Part shown: positions 17,288 through 26,696 of the stretch, piece after piece
Position numbering within the stretch: the first letter of the stretch is position 1
How the letters are laid out: every line of letters begins with the position of its first letter
Virus record (IMG/VR): IMGVR_UViG_3300009593_000010
Location: 1-64,000 of that record
Reading direction: 5' to 3' (one strand)
Origin: a virus
Length of the DNA: 64,000 nucleotides
The notes under the pieces: generated by a model
The model's database searches: none
Seen by the model: the letters and a program-made list of their open reading frames with translations, nothing else
What the model was told of the DNA's origin: nothing
Made by a program: the position numbers and the translations under genes

Positions 17288-17719
17288 TCATTTGACTAAG
17301 TGATCTTCTGTTAATATACGAAATTTATATCCACGATCTAAACAATATTCACGAGCTGCATCCCATTTGAGTTCATTGATTGCATATCTTTTTCCCTCTG
17401 CAATGAAACGACCAGTAGATTTACGACCTTTCTTGGGTGGTGAACATTGTGCTTTAGGTTTAACCTCTATTATCTCTTGGATGACTTGACCAGATGTATT
17501 CTGGTATTTTATCCAGAAATCTGGGAAATAACGATGTACTTTACCATCTATACTACGATATGGTATCATTATCTCTTCACTATTCCACTCAAGTATCTGA
17601 GATGTTCTATCACAATACTTCATAAAGGTTAATTCCCATAGAGAACGATAGATGATCTTTGTTGAATCACCTTTATACTTTTTATAGTTAATTGGTTTGA
17701 ACCTACCCTTATAACTCAT
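17288..17719 (-). CDS. gp4: Head completion nuclease gp4
   Basis: MSYKGRFKP.N..KYKGD, IIYRSLWE, EWNSEE, HRYFPDF, IEVKP, N..KW.AA. Confidence 0.93.
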   Translation of the reverse strand: MSYKGRFKPINYKKYKGDSTKIIYRSLWELTFMKYCDRTSQILEWNSEEIMIPYRSIDGKVHRYFPDFWIKYQNTSGQVIQEIIEVKPKAQCSPPKKGRKSTGRFIAEGKRYAINELKWDAAREYCLDRGYKFRILTEDHLVK

Positions 17720-17767
17720 ATAAATACTCTATAGAAACTAATAACATTCACTTAACAGGTATTTATG
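17719..17767. promoter_or_regulatory. Face-to-face late promoter pair (TATAAATA on plus 17719-17726; CATAAATA on minus 17760-17767)
   Basis: Each promoter overlaps the start codon of the gene on the other strand. Confidence 0.65.
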
Positions 17768-19282
17768 TCACTATTCAGTAAACTAAAAAGTTCCCTAATG
17801 GGGTCAATCAAGGCAGATTTAAATTCTGCACTTAGTGGGCATCGTGCTCTATTCAATTCTAATATTGCAAATTCATTAGATGATTTAGTTGCATCTGCAA
17901 CAGGTATAAAGTTATCCAATGTTCCAAAAGAGATTCAATCACATGCAGCCCAAATGAAAGCAACTGCAAGTGCAGCCGAAAAGAAAGCAGAAAGAAAGGC
18001 AGACGGAAAAGAAACACCACCAAAGAAAGCTGAACAACTACAATTCCCTTCTGATGCGATGAAAGGACTTGTCAAAAATTGGATAAGTTTAAAAACTATA
18101 GAAGACCCAAACTTAGACGACCCAGTAAACATATGGCTTCCTATGCCTAAATATACAGATGATGTTTCAATTGGATATTCAACTAAAGAGGTTGGTCTGG
18201 CAAACGAAGAGATCAACAGGATTTTAGAGGGTGATTGGAGCAGTCTTGGTGGATCACTTGCAAAAGGACTTGATGAGGGGTGGACTCAAGCAAAAGAAGG
18301 AATGACTTCTGGATTACAAGCATTAGCACATGGTGCAGTAATAAACCCAGTTAAATTCCAACTATTTGAGGGTGTTTCCTTTAGAACACATAGTTATACA
18401 TGGGACTTACATCCATTCAACGCAAAAGATTCTGCAAATATAGAAAAAATAATATATTTGTTGAAGATGGCATCTCTTCCAAAAGTTGAACCAGGCGATC
18501 TCAGAACATATAAACTACCTGCTGCCTTTATGATTGATTTTCATAATCCAGATGGTGCTGACATGAGTACCTATGAAGAACCTTTATTATCCTGTTTAAC
18601 TAAAGTTGCAGTTGATTATTCTGGTGGACATGATATGGGATTTATCAAGATAGATGAAGAAAAAGATGACGATTATGTAGCTGGTGCGTCTACTCCAGAA
18701 GGCGAATCATTAAATCGTCAGTTGGATTCTGAACAACAAAAAGGTAAAGTGACAGTAGCTTCAAAAATATATCCTAATGGAGTTCAATTATCATTAGAAT
18801 TTACTGAAATATCAACTCTGGATAGAGTAAGATACAAGAACCAAGTTAGTTATACAGCATACCAGAAAAATTTAATCAAAACTGGAACTCTTGCTGGTGG
18901 TGGAACACTGACTATGGCGGGTCAGGTATTAGATGTTGACTTAGAGCATATAGGTGAAGATAATCCCAATGTCTCTAAAGTAGCTACCGATGATATGGGC
19001 CCACCTCGGCCAGACCAGAACACAACAGTTGAACAGGCCTTCCCACATGGAATGGTATCGACACGAGGAGAAGATGGTGAGTGGGTCATCTCAGAGGGAA
19101 CCGCAGATAGACCAATAGAAATGCATCCAGCACCAATGACTTGGAACCAAATGAGTTGGAAACAAAGAATAGGAAAAATAGGACTACAGATGCAAGGGTA
19201 TCATCAAAACTCAAGTGGAGAATGGTTCTCACCACAGGGACAATCAGTCGGACGACTAGATGACTTTGGAGATGACGGATAA
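17765..19282 (+). CDS. gp48: Baseplate tail-tube cap gp48 with N- and C-terminal extensions
   Basis: IWLPMP, INP....FEGVSFRTHSYTW...P....S..I..II, LT.V.VDYS, LSLEFTE. Confidence 0.85.
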   Translation: MSLFSKLKSSLMGSIKADLNSALSGHRALFNSNIANSLDDLVASATGIKLSNVPKEIQSHAAQMKATASAAEKKAERKADGKETPPKKAEQLQFPSDAMKGLVKNWISLKTIEDPNLDDPVNIWLPMPKYTDDVSIGYSTKEVGLANEEINRILEGDWSSLGGSLAKGLDEGWTQAKEGMTSGLQALAHGAVINPVKFQLFEGVSFRTHSYTWDLHPFNAKDSANIEKIIYLLKMASLPKVEPGDLRTYKLPAAFMIDFHNPDGADMSTYEEPLLSCLTKVAVDYSGGHDMGFIKIDEEKDDDYVAGASTPEGESLNRQLDSEQQKGKVTVASKIYPNGVQLSLEFTEISTLDRVRYKNQVSYTAYQKNLIKTGTLAGGGTLTMAGQVLDVDLEHIGEDNPNVSKVATDDMGPPRPDQNTTVEQAFPHGMVSTRGEDGEWVISEGTADRPIEMHPAPMTWNQMSWKQRIGKIGLQMQGYHQNSSGEWFSPQGQSVGRLDDFGDDG

Positions 19283-20016
19283 TGGCATTAACTAAATATT
19301 TTAAACACTTTCCTAATATTGATTACGACATCAAGAATGATGGTAATCTAGTAAAGGCAAAAGATATATTCAGACAAATAAGAGTATTCGATGATGCAGA
19401 CGAAGGTATCACTGGATATAATTATATGCACATTGAAGATACTGATAGACCAGATGTACTTGCAACTAAAATGTATGGAGATTCAACTCTTTATTGGTTA
19501 TTCTGGTTGGTTAATGATGAATTAACTGTCCATGCAGATTGGCCAAAGAGCACTTCACTCATGGAAAAATACATTAATCGTAAGTATGCTGGAAAGTCAT
19601 TAGTTGCAGACTTATCTACATCTATAGTGTCATCTGCAAGTAGTAAGTTCACTATGGGTGAAAAAGTTATAGGTGGAACATCTGGTGCATTCGGATATGC
19701 GATTAATATTGATCCAACATTTGACCATATCGTAGTTAACGATGTTGTAGGAGTGTTCCAAGTAAACGAAACAGTCACAGGGTCTAAGTCTGGTAAGGCA
19801 TTTAATGTCACATCAGTAGTAGACTATAAAGATAGACCACATCATTATATTGATGATGATGGTAATAAAACAACACAATATAATGAAACATATACAGTCA
19901 AAACTAATGCAGAACATGAAAGGGAACAAAATGATGCACGAAGATTCATTAGGTATATTCCAAAAGGATACGCACATCAAGTAGTTAAAGAATTTAAAGA
20001 CTTAATAAGAGATTAA
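19282..20016 (+). CDS. gp53: Baseplate wedge gp53 (LysM-like)
   Basis: YFKHFPNIDY, IEDTDRPDVLATKMYGDSTLYWLF.LVN. Confidence 0.9.
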   Translation: MALTKYFKHFPNIDYDIKNDGNLVKAKDIFRQIRVFDDADEGITGYNYMHIEDTDRPDVLATKMYGDSTLYWLFWLVNDELTVHADWPKSTSLMEKYINRKYAGKSLVADLSTSIVSSASSKFTMGEKVIGGTSGAFGYAINIDPTFDHIVVNDVVGVFQVNETVTGSKSGKAFNVTSVVDYKDRPHHYIDDDGNKTTQYNETYTVKTNAEHEREQNDARRFIRYIPKGYAHQVVKEFKDLIRD

Positions 20017-20022
20017 TATATT

Positions 20023-21645
20023 ATGATAGCATTTGGTCAAAATACCCCAAATAGATACTTCATCAACGCACTAACCATCTCCAATTCTCAAGGATTGCAG
20101 AGAGATGTCACTGGTATCTTTAACGAATTTCAAATAACAGAATCTATCTATAACAATTTCCTTACTGGAACCATACAGATTGCTGATGGTGTTAACTTGT
20201 TTGAGCAAATGGGTTTTTCTGGACAAGAGTTTATTCGTATCAGTTTTTCTGGTACAAAGCTTGAAGATGAGCAAGAAGATTATGATCATTATATTGACCA
20301 AATATTTAGAATATACAAGATAAGTGATGTGGTTGTAAGAGGTAGTATACAAACATATACATTACATTTCTGTTCACAAGAGTGGTTAGAGTCAAAAAGA
20401 AAAAGAGTTTCACGAGCTTATCAAGGGTCTTTATCTGATATTTTAGTCAAAGTATGTGAAGAGTATTTAAAACTGGACTATGAGGCAGAGAAAAATGACT
20501 CTGGAAAATATTGGACTGTTAGACTACAATCAAAACCAGAAAACTATTCAGTAGTCATTCCCAATTGGACTGTTCAAGACACCATACGATGGTTGACTAG
20601 TAAAATGTCAGCCGGTGAAGGTGAAGAAGGATCAAGTGTGTCCTCAACACCTAATTCATACTATTTCTATCAGACTGCAAGAGGTGGATACTTTTTGAAT
20701 ACCATAAGTGATATGTATAATGTGAAGTATGATAAAGAGGGTAAATTAAAATGGAGTAAACCTCTGTCTGGAACTGGTGCAGTATTACCATCAGAACATT
20801 ATGATTATATGCCAAAACCACAAGAATCCCCTACAATGGAAATTGTCACAAGAGATGGGGTGATGGACAGACAAGGGCCTGGATATGACATCTATGAATC
20901 AAAGAAACCTGTACTATTTGATATTTCAGAAGCAACCTCAAAGGGAGTATATTCTGGTAAAAGAATTACATTTAATAATGTATCCCAAATATATACAGAA
21001 TTAAATTATAGACTGATCGATGATAGCAACTGGGATATTGATCCAAAAACTGGTAAGTATAAGAAACAAAACATGCATTTATCTGAGGGACTACCTATTA
21101 GAACAGCACCAGAGGCAGTAATGAAGGTATCATCAGATGGTAATGCAGTTGGGCCCGAAGGGTTTAAGGTAGCAGGCCCATTAGAGACATTGGAAAGTAT
21201 TCATGACTATACAGATGCAGTAATAGATTTTGGATATGAATCCCCTCTACATATAAATGGAATAAATGACACCACTACTAATGTTCACCATAATACTAAA
21301 TTATCTAATTTTCATAGAGATAAGGTAAGAAATATATTAGATGCAAACACGATGAGGGTGATAGTCTCTGGACGAACTAATATTAATTGTGGTTTAGTAG
21401 TAGAGACAGATATAAAAATTCCAATGGCACAATCTGGTGATGTAGAGGTAGTGGAAGAATCAATGATTAATGGAAAATTCCTAGTCACTAAATGTACATT
21501 TATAGGTGATAAGAAGGGATTAACCTGTCAATTAGACTTAGCAAAAGATGGTAGACATAAAGGTTCTCCAGATAACTTTGAATATTATGAACCATCATGG
21601 ACGATAGAAAACCCAGACGAGCCAGCAACACCAGCAGAGGAATAA
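20023..21645 (+). CDS. Baseplate hub protein (gp27-like)
   Basis: ITESIYNNFLTG.I.I.D, G.E.I.I.F, VIPNW, YYFYQT; sits between 53 and 5. Confidence 0.65.
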   Translation: MIAFGQNTPNRYFINALTISNSQGLQRDVTGIFNEFQITESIYNNFLTGTIQIADGVNLFEQMGFSGQEFIRISFSGTKLEDEQEDYDHYIDQIFRIYKISDVVVRGSIQTYTLHFCSQEWLESKRKRVSRAYQGSLSDILVKVCEEYLKLDYEAEKNDSGKYWTVRLQSKPENYSVVIPNWTVQDTIRWLTSKMSAGEGEEGSSVSSTPNSYYFYQTARGGYFLNTISDMYNVKYDKEGKLKWSKPLSGTGAVLPSEHYDYMPKPQESPTMEIVTRDGVMDRQGPGYDIYESKKPVLFDISEATSKGVYSGKRITFNNVSQIYTELNYRLIDDSNWDIDPKTGKYKKQNMHLSEGLPIRTAPEAVMKVSSDGNAVGPEGFKVAGPLETLESIHDYTDAVIDFGYESPLHINGINDTTTNVHHNTKLSNFHRDKVRNILDANTMRVIVSGRTNINCGLVVETDIKIPMAQSGDVEVVEESMINGKFLVTKCTFIGDKKGLTCQLDLAKDGRHKGSPDNFEYYEPSWTIENPDEPATPAEE

Positions 21646-21646
21646 C

Positions 21647-21862
21647 ATGAAACAACTAAATGAAGAACTATTAAACCTAAATCACGATGGAGAATTCTCC
21701 AGAGAAGAACTATTTACTCAATATAAGAGACGAATGTGGTTGGATAATTGTGATGAGAATAAAGACCCTCTAGCAACTACCTATACTTACGAAGAATATA
21801 CCAGTAGATATAATAATTGGTTAAGAGAACAGTTTAATAAACAACAACTGTTAACGGAATAA
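21647..21862 (+). CDS. Small hypothetical protein
   Basis: 71 aa, RMWLDNCDEN motif. Confidence 0.65.
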   Translation: MKQLNEELLNLNHDGEFSREELFTQYKRRMWLDNCDENKDPLATTYTYEEYTSRYNNWLREQFNKQQLLTE

Positions 21863-21865
21863 AAC

Positions 21866-22972
21866 ATGATCAAATTTGAAGGTAAAAACAATTATATCTT
21901 CTTTACAGGAGTAATAGAAGATAGATTTGACCCAGCAACACTAGGAAGAGTGAGAGTTAGGTGTTATGGGGTGCATACTGATAATAAAGAACATATTGCA
22001 ACACCAGATTTACCTTGGGCCCAAGTATTAATGCCTACAACCTCATCTGCAACTAGTGGATTAGGACAATCACCACATGGACTAGTAGAAGGTGCTACTG
22101 TAATGGGTTTCTTTAGGGATGGAAACGACATGCAAGACCCAGTTGTAATAGGGTCATTATTTGGACAACCCACAAAACACTATAAAATAGATCAATCAGA
22201 CGATAAATTAATTGAAAGAAAACCTACTCTGGGATTCAATGACCCTAGAAGGGAGTCATATGACGAGTATGATGGTAAGAATCCACAAGAAAATAGTTCA
22301 AGAACACATGGATTGACAAATAAACTATCAGATGCCCCTTCTCCACCAGAGTCAGTAGAGATGAAATTGGATGGTTCTGGTACTAAAATAGGTGATAGAA
22401 AACCAGTCAATTACCCTAAAGAGAAGTATTTTGAACAGTCAGATGTTAACCCATCTGCAAGGGGAGACTATAAGCAATATCCTAATGACATGATTGAAGT
22501 TCATGAGGGGAGTATTGTAAAGGAACCACCAAGAGAACGAGAGACATTCGTTAATAATACAATTGGGTATTATAACCCAACCTACCCATATAATCATGTA
22601 TTTGAGAGTGAATCTGGACACTTAGTAGAGATAGATGATACTCCAGATGCAGAAAGAATGCATCTATATCATCGATCTGGTAGTAGAATAGAGATCACAC
22701 CAGTAGGTGATAGAGTCACCAAGATAGTCAACGATGACTACGAGATTATATTAAAAGACAAGAAAATCCTCATAGCAGGGAGTGCCGATATTGAATTAAA
22801 TAACGGAAACTACAACTTATCGACCAAAGGAACGACCAATATAACTGCAACAGACAGTATCAATATCACCTCTACTGAGGGAGATATAAATATGACTGCA
22901 AAGGGAAATGTTAATTTATCTGGAGATAAAGTTAATTTAAATTCAACAGGTAGTATATTTGACATATTTTAA
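21866..22972 (+). CDS. gp5: Baseplate central spike gp5 (OB-fold plus short beta-helix, no lysozyme domain)
   Basis: GVIEDRFDP..LGRVRVRCYG, LPWA, V.GFF.DG...Q.P, YPYNHVFESESGH..E.DDTP. Confidence 0.92.
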   Translation: MIKFEGKNNYIFFTGVIEDRFDPATLGRVRVRCYGVHTDNKEHIATPDLPWAQVLMPTTSSATSGLGQSPHGLVEGATVMGFFRDGNDMQDPVVIGSLFGQPTKHYKIDQSDDKLIERKPTLGFNDPRRESYDEYDGKNPQENSSRTHGLTNKLSDAPSPPESVEMKLDGSGTKIGDRKPVNYPKEKYFEQSDVNPSARGDYKQYPNDMIEVHEGSIVKEPPRERETFVNNTIGYYNPTYPYNHVFESESGHLVEIDDTPDAERMHLYHRSGSRIEITPVGDRVTKIVNDDYEIILKDKKILIAGSADIELNNGNYNLSTKGTTNITATDSINITSTEGDINMTAKGNVNLSGDKVNLNSTGSIFDIF

Positions 22973-22980
22973 TTAAATGA

Positions 22981-23217
22981 TTGAGGAATAAAATGAAAGA
23001 CCAAGTAATCAATGTAATCGCAAGGGGAATTGGAATAGATTCAAGCGATATAACTGAAAAGCATTCAATAATGAATGACTTAGGGGCAGATTCTCTAACA
23101 ATAGTAGAGATTGTCCTAGAACTAGAGGATGAATTTGAGGTAGATATACCAGATGAGGATGCAGAAAACTTCAAAACTATAGGTGATGTAGTCAAATTCA
23201 TAGAAGATAATGCATAA
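22981..23217 (+). CDS. acpP: Acyl carrier protein
   Basis: DLGADSLTIVEIVLELEDEFEVDIPDEDAE, with the phosphopantetheine Ser in DSL. Confidence 0.92.
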   Translation: MRNKMKDQVINVIARGIGIDSSDITEKHSIMNDLGADSLTIVEIVLELEDEFEVDIPDEDAENFKTIGDVVKFIEDNA

Positions 23218-23374
23218 ATTGTGGTGGATGATGTATAGACACCATGTAGGAATGGGTTCATTTGCAGTGCTTATGCTCCTATTCAACTGGCATACAGTCC
23301 TATTTGGACTACTTTCATGTGGTTTCGTATACAATCTAGTGATGTGGATGAAGGGATTAGGAGACTACAAATAG
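23210..23374 (+). CDS. 54-aa membrane peptide
   Basis: MHKLWWMMYRHHVGMGSFAVLMLLFNWHTVLFGLLSCGFVYNLVMWMKGLGDYK; read manually. Confidence 0.5.
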   Translation: MHKLWWMMYRHHVGMGSFAVLMLLFNWHTVLFGLLSCGFVYNLVMWMKGLGDYK

Positions 23375-23383
23375 GACAAGATA

Positions 23384-23677
23384 GTGAAGACTCTAACATT
23401 AATCATGATACTACTCATCATCTCTGCATGTTCATCCATAGAGATACTCGATGGACTTTGCTACAACGACCACGAGGGGACACATATTTGTCCGAAGGAC
23501 TCTGACTCGGATTTTTTTCCAGAGGGAGAAGAGGACGGAATTAATATAGACCCTATTCCCAACCCATCACCACATAAAGAACTATGGGATAGTTGCTCAG
23601 AATGGATGACCTTTGACCAAGAGGCATGGATAAACTGTATTACTAGACCTATGGATCACGATGAGAGGATTGCTTAG
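23384..23677 (+). CDS. Predicted lipoprotein
   Basis: MKTLTLIMILLIISAC signal and lipobox; four more Cys; Pro-rich segment. Confidence 0.7.
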   Translation: MKTLTLIMILLIISACSSIEILDGLCYNDHEGTHICPKDSDSDFFPEGEEDGINIDPIPNPSPHKELWDSCSEWMTFDQEAWINCITRPMDHDERIA

Positions 23678-23730
23678 CATGATGATAAAAGAATATTTAG
23701 ACTATATTGGACTACAACTGAGGTGGTATT

Positions 23731-23937
23731 ATGGGTAAAAAATGGTATCATATACTCTGGGGTAGTCCAGAAGAGACAGAAGAACTGGTAGAAGCAACTC
23801 CAGACCCTGCTGAATTAACAATAGAGAATGCATATAAGACACGATGGATATGGTATCACACGATACTCGCAGGTCTAATGTTCCTTGTATGCATCATACA
23901 AATAGGTATATTCATACTACTTGCAGTAAAACTATGA
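23731..23937 (+). CDS. Small single-TM protein
   Basis: C-terminal TILAGLMFLVCIIQIGIFILLAV. Confidence 0.7.
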   Translation: MGKKWYHILWGSPEETEELVEATPDPAELTIENAYKTRWIWYHTILAGLMFLVCIIQIGIFILLAVKL

Positions 23938-24068
23938 TAGAATGGCATGAACAACTAGCAATGAGGTTTAAGACCCATTATGGACTCTCTGAGTACACCA
24001 TGTATTGGATATCATGGGTAGAAGGGGTAGTGTTCGGAATCGTCTTAGGGGTGTGCTTATGGACTTAG
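23934..24068 (+). CDS. 44-aa single-TM peptide
   Basis: MIEWHEQLAM...WVEGVVFGIVLGVCLWT; ATGA coupling. Confidence 0.6.
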   Translation: MIEWHEQLAMRFKTHYGLSEYTMYWISWVEGVVFGIVLGVCLWT

Positions 24069-24304
24069 CAGTGGTATTAAGAGGTCTTACAGACCTTACC
24101 TATAAAGGGATACGGAATATACTCGGATTTATATTGGTGTGTATTTGTGGACTTTTGTGGTACAATGTGTACTATTTGGAAGGACAAAATAAAACTGAAA
24201 ACATCGTGATAGAGAGGAGAGGTATGATGACGGATGAGGAGAGTCTCGGAGACTGTTCAAAGAGTTATCATGGACATCTAATATGCACTGAGGTGGTAGA
24301 ATGA
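24059..24304 (+). CDS. Small single-TM protein
   Basis: ILGFILVCICGLLWYNVYYL; ATGA coupling to 24301. Confidence 0.55.
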   Translation: MDLAVVLRGLTDLTYKGIRNILGFILVCICGLLWYNVYYLEGQNKTENIVIERRGMMTDEESLGDCSKSYHGHLICTEVVE

Positions 24305-25479
24305 GTACCATAGTGTTAGATTGTCCAGCAACTTTGTTGCCTACTCCGAAGCAACTCTCAGAAATGTTGGGTCAACTGGCTGCAGTACCCGGCGAACTTG
24401 CAAGACAAGCCAAATTAGAACTAAGTGGAGAGCTCGCAGAGATTGCTGGTACTGTTCAAGAGGTAGTAGACCTTATTCCGAAGGTATTAGGGAACTTTCC
24501 TATGGGTTATATACCAGATGGGAGTGTAAAGATACCAGAATGGGCCTTTCAGAGGTTAGGACAGTCGATTCATAACGAATGGAAGTTCATTACCCAGATA
24601 AAAATTGCAGATATCATCACAAAGGTCATTCCATTGGAGTTAGAGATACCTACTCCTATAGGAATTAGTATAGATGTGGTTAAATTGTTCAAAGACCCAG
24701 AGTATAAGGCCGAGTTAATTGCAGAAATCACTAAGATGTGGCAAGATGAGAAGGAAGCACTCATGGCGATGTTGCCCCCATCACTTACTGAGGTGTGGGA
24801 GAACATGGGAATTGGTCATGATGAGATGAATATTGCAAAACTATGGCAATGGTTAGTCAATAAACTCTCTAATGCGATGAATGAGATCATCAATATGGCC
24901 CTAGAGGCAGCTGCAAAGTTGATTAAACTCGCATCTCTTGGTACTGTTGACATAGCAGCACTCCTAACACTGGACATAGAAGCCCTGCTCACAGGTGCTA
25001 TAGAGAGTGCTAAGGAACAAGCAAAGACTTTAGGTACTGATGTTGCAACTATGGTTAAAGATCAACTGCTAAGCATCTCTATCTTTGGGTTTACTATAGA
25101 GGATATCATGGGTGGTGCTATACAAGAGAAGGTAAAGGCATCATGGAAAGATGTAGAGGTAATGATGGAGAACATGAGAACCTTTGCTGTTAATTGGCCA
25201 ATGTATAATATAGAATTAATAATAGAAAAGATCATGTCTCTACTAGAGAAGGTAGGTATATCATTACCATTCATACCATTTACATTCTGTGATTGTCTCA
25301 AGCTTATCGGCATGCCACTGAGTATCCCTCTTCCTGCTGGATGTCCGCCCGATCTGGTTGATGGTATAATAGAGAACGCTGCAAAGGCAGGTGGTAGTTT
25401 AGACAAGGTAGTTGCAGAGAAGGTTGCAGATGGCACTGCCCAGACCCAGAGTGTTAGTACGACGCCCCCAGAAGAGTAG
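24301..25479 (+). CDS. Large amphipathic helical hypothetical protein
   Basis: 392 aa; Leu/Ile/Ala-rich helices; CPATLLPTP N terminus; FTFCDCL near the C terminus. Confidence 0.7.
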   Translation: MSTIVLDCPATLLPTPKQLSEMLGQLAAVPGELARQAKLELSGELAEIAGTVQEVVDLIPKVLGNFPMGYIPDGSVKIPEWAFQRLGQSIHNEWKFITQIKIADIITKVIPLELEIPTPIGISIDVVKLFKDPEYKAELIAEITKMWQDEKEALMAMLPPSLTEVWENMGIGHDEMNIAKLWQWLVNKLSNAMNEIINMALEAAAKLIKLASLGTVDIAALLTLDIEALLTGAIESAKEQAKTLGTDVATMVKDQLLSISIFGFTIEDIMGGAIQEKVKASWKDVEVMMENMRTFAVNWPMYNIELIIEKIMSLLEKVGISLPFIPFTFCDCLKLIGMPLSIPLPAGCPPDLVDGIIENAAKAGGSLDKVVAEKVADGTAQTQSVSTTPPEE

Positions 25480-25598
25480 CCCCGTTTTACTATTTTGGGA
25501 CTCCAAGAGAAAGGGTAAAGGGGTATGGATACCTTATCGATTTAATATATCTTGGTAATAAATTTTTTTTTTGGGGTAAAAAAACCTAAATACCCTTT

Positions 25599-25874
25599 AT
25601 GTCAAACGAAGTTGGATGCCCAGAAGATAATATATGTTTCACTGAACAACAGTGGAATGATTTTCTTGTTGAATATGAATTAGATATAGTCAATGAAGTT
25701 GGTAGTATATCAACTACTCAAGGTGATGTAGAAGCTGCATCAAACTTTGTCTGGGAAATACTCTTTCTGTCTCCAGTAGAACTCTTCTACATTGGCATAA
25801 CCATGACAGTTCTTGCGACCTATGGTCTATCTATATACTATATGTTTAAGAAGATAGGGAAGAAATTCCAATGA
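25599..25874 (+). CDS. Small membrane protein
   Basis: C-terminal WEILFLSPVELFYIGITMTVLATYGLSIYYMF. Confidence 0.7.
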   Translation: MSNEVGCPEDNICFTEQQWNDFLVEYELDIVNEVGSISTTQGDVEAASNFVWEILFLSPVELFYIGITMTVLATYGLSIYYMFKKIGKKFQ

Positions 25875-25945
25875 ATCTCAGAGCAAAATTAATAAGGGTT
25901 CTTGAATACCTTTTAATTAAATTAACCAACCAACGAAAGAAATGA
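25871..25945 (+). CDS. 24-aa micro-ORF
   Basis: MNLRAKLIRVLEYLLIKLTNQRKK; ATGA overlap at both ends. Confidence 0.45.
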   Translation: MNLRAKLIRVLEYLLIKLTNQRKK

Positions 25946-26028
25946 ATAAAATCCCAATGTGGTTAATATCACTAGCAGTTTATACGATTGGTGGTGGTCT
26001 TATGTTTTTAATATTATTCTATGGATAA
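25942..26028 (+). CDS. 28-aa single-TM micro-protein
   Basis: MNKIPMWLISLAVYTIGGGLMFLILFYG. Confidence 0.5.
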   Translation: MNKIPMWLISLAVYTIGGGLMFLILFYG

Positions 26029-26188
26029 GATAGCAGAGTGGACTGCACAACCTGCTATGTTTATCTTTGATATAACTTTTGTCTTTCTGTTTATCTGCCT
26101 TGCAGTATACTGGAAAGAACAAAGATTGGGACTCCTATCTGTATCTGCACTCTATCTAACCTTTTCTCTTCTTTGGCATTTATTATAA
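26021..26188 (+). CDS. 55-aa two-TM micro-protein
   Basis: MDKIAEWTAQPAMFIFDITFVFLFICLAVYWKEQRLGLLSVSALYLTFSLLWHLL; TAATG coupling. Confidence 0.55.
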   Translation: MDKIAEWTAQPAMFIFDITFVFLFICLAVYWKEQRLGLLSVSALYLTFSLLWHLL

Positions 26189-26412
26189 TGATACCTTTAT
26201 ACATTAAAATAATACTTGCATTCTTTTTGATATGTGGTACACTTCTTTTGTATTCTGCATCTTCGTCAGAATTTCTAAATAGAGATTATGAAAAAATCCT
26301 AAAATCGTCTCCTTCGGAATATGCGTCTGGGTGTCCCTATGGGAAGAGTTCAATTGAATTGGGATTATGTCTGGATAAAAAAAAGTCCCTTAAACGAAGG
26401 GACTCATTCTAA
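26188..26412 (+). CDS. Small exported/TM protein
   Basis: MIPLYIKIILAFFLICGTLLLYSASS; start at the TAATG at 26188. Confidence 0.5.
   Translation: MIPLYIKIILAFFLICGTLLLYSASSSEFLNRDYEKILKSSPSEYASGCPYGKSSIELGLCLDKKKSLKRRDSF
26377..26404 (-). terminator. Intrinsic terminator for the minus-strand cassette
   Basis: Minus strand reads GTCCCTT-CGTTT-AAGGGAC followed by T8. Confidence 0.75.
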
Positions 26413-26462
26413 CCCATCCTATACGGCGTGGGTATACTAATTGTGATTACCAGTTCTTCATA

Positions 26463-26696
26463 CTATACTCCTCTCTGTTTATCTAATGCCTTAAGAAGGT
26501 CTCTCATCTGTGGCATATACCAATGACCTTTACAATCTCCGCCTGGATTACAAGTCCACTTTGTATGAGCCCATCTGCATTTTGGTAGGTAGACTTTATA
26601 ATCTATCATTGCTTGAGCCCAATCCCATGCTTTAATATTATATCCATTAACCGAAGAAATTTTATAAATTACTTGATCGTCAGTCAATCTAGCCAT
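26463..26696 (-). CDS. Early hypothetical protein
   Basis: 77 aa, second gene of the antisense cassette. Confidence 0.65.
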   Translation of the reverse strand: MARLTDDQVIYKISSVNGYNIKAWDWAQAMIDYKVYLPKCRWAHTKWTCNPGGDCKGHWYMPQMRDLLKALDKQRGV

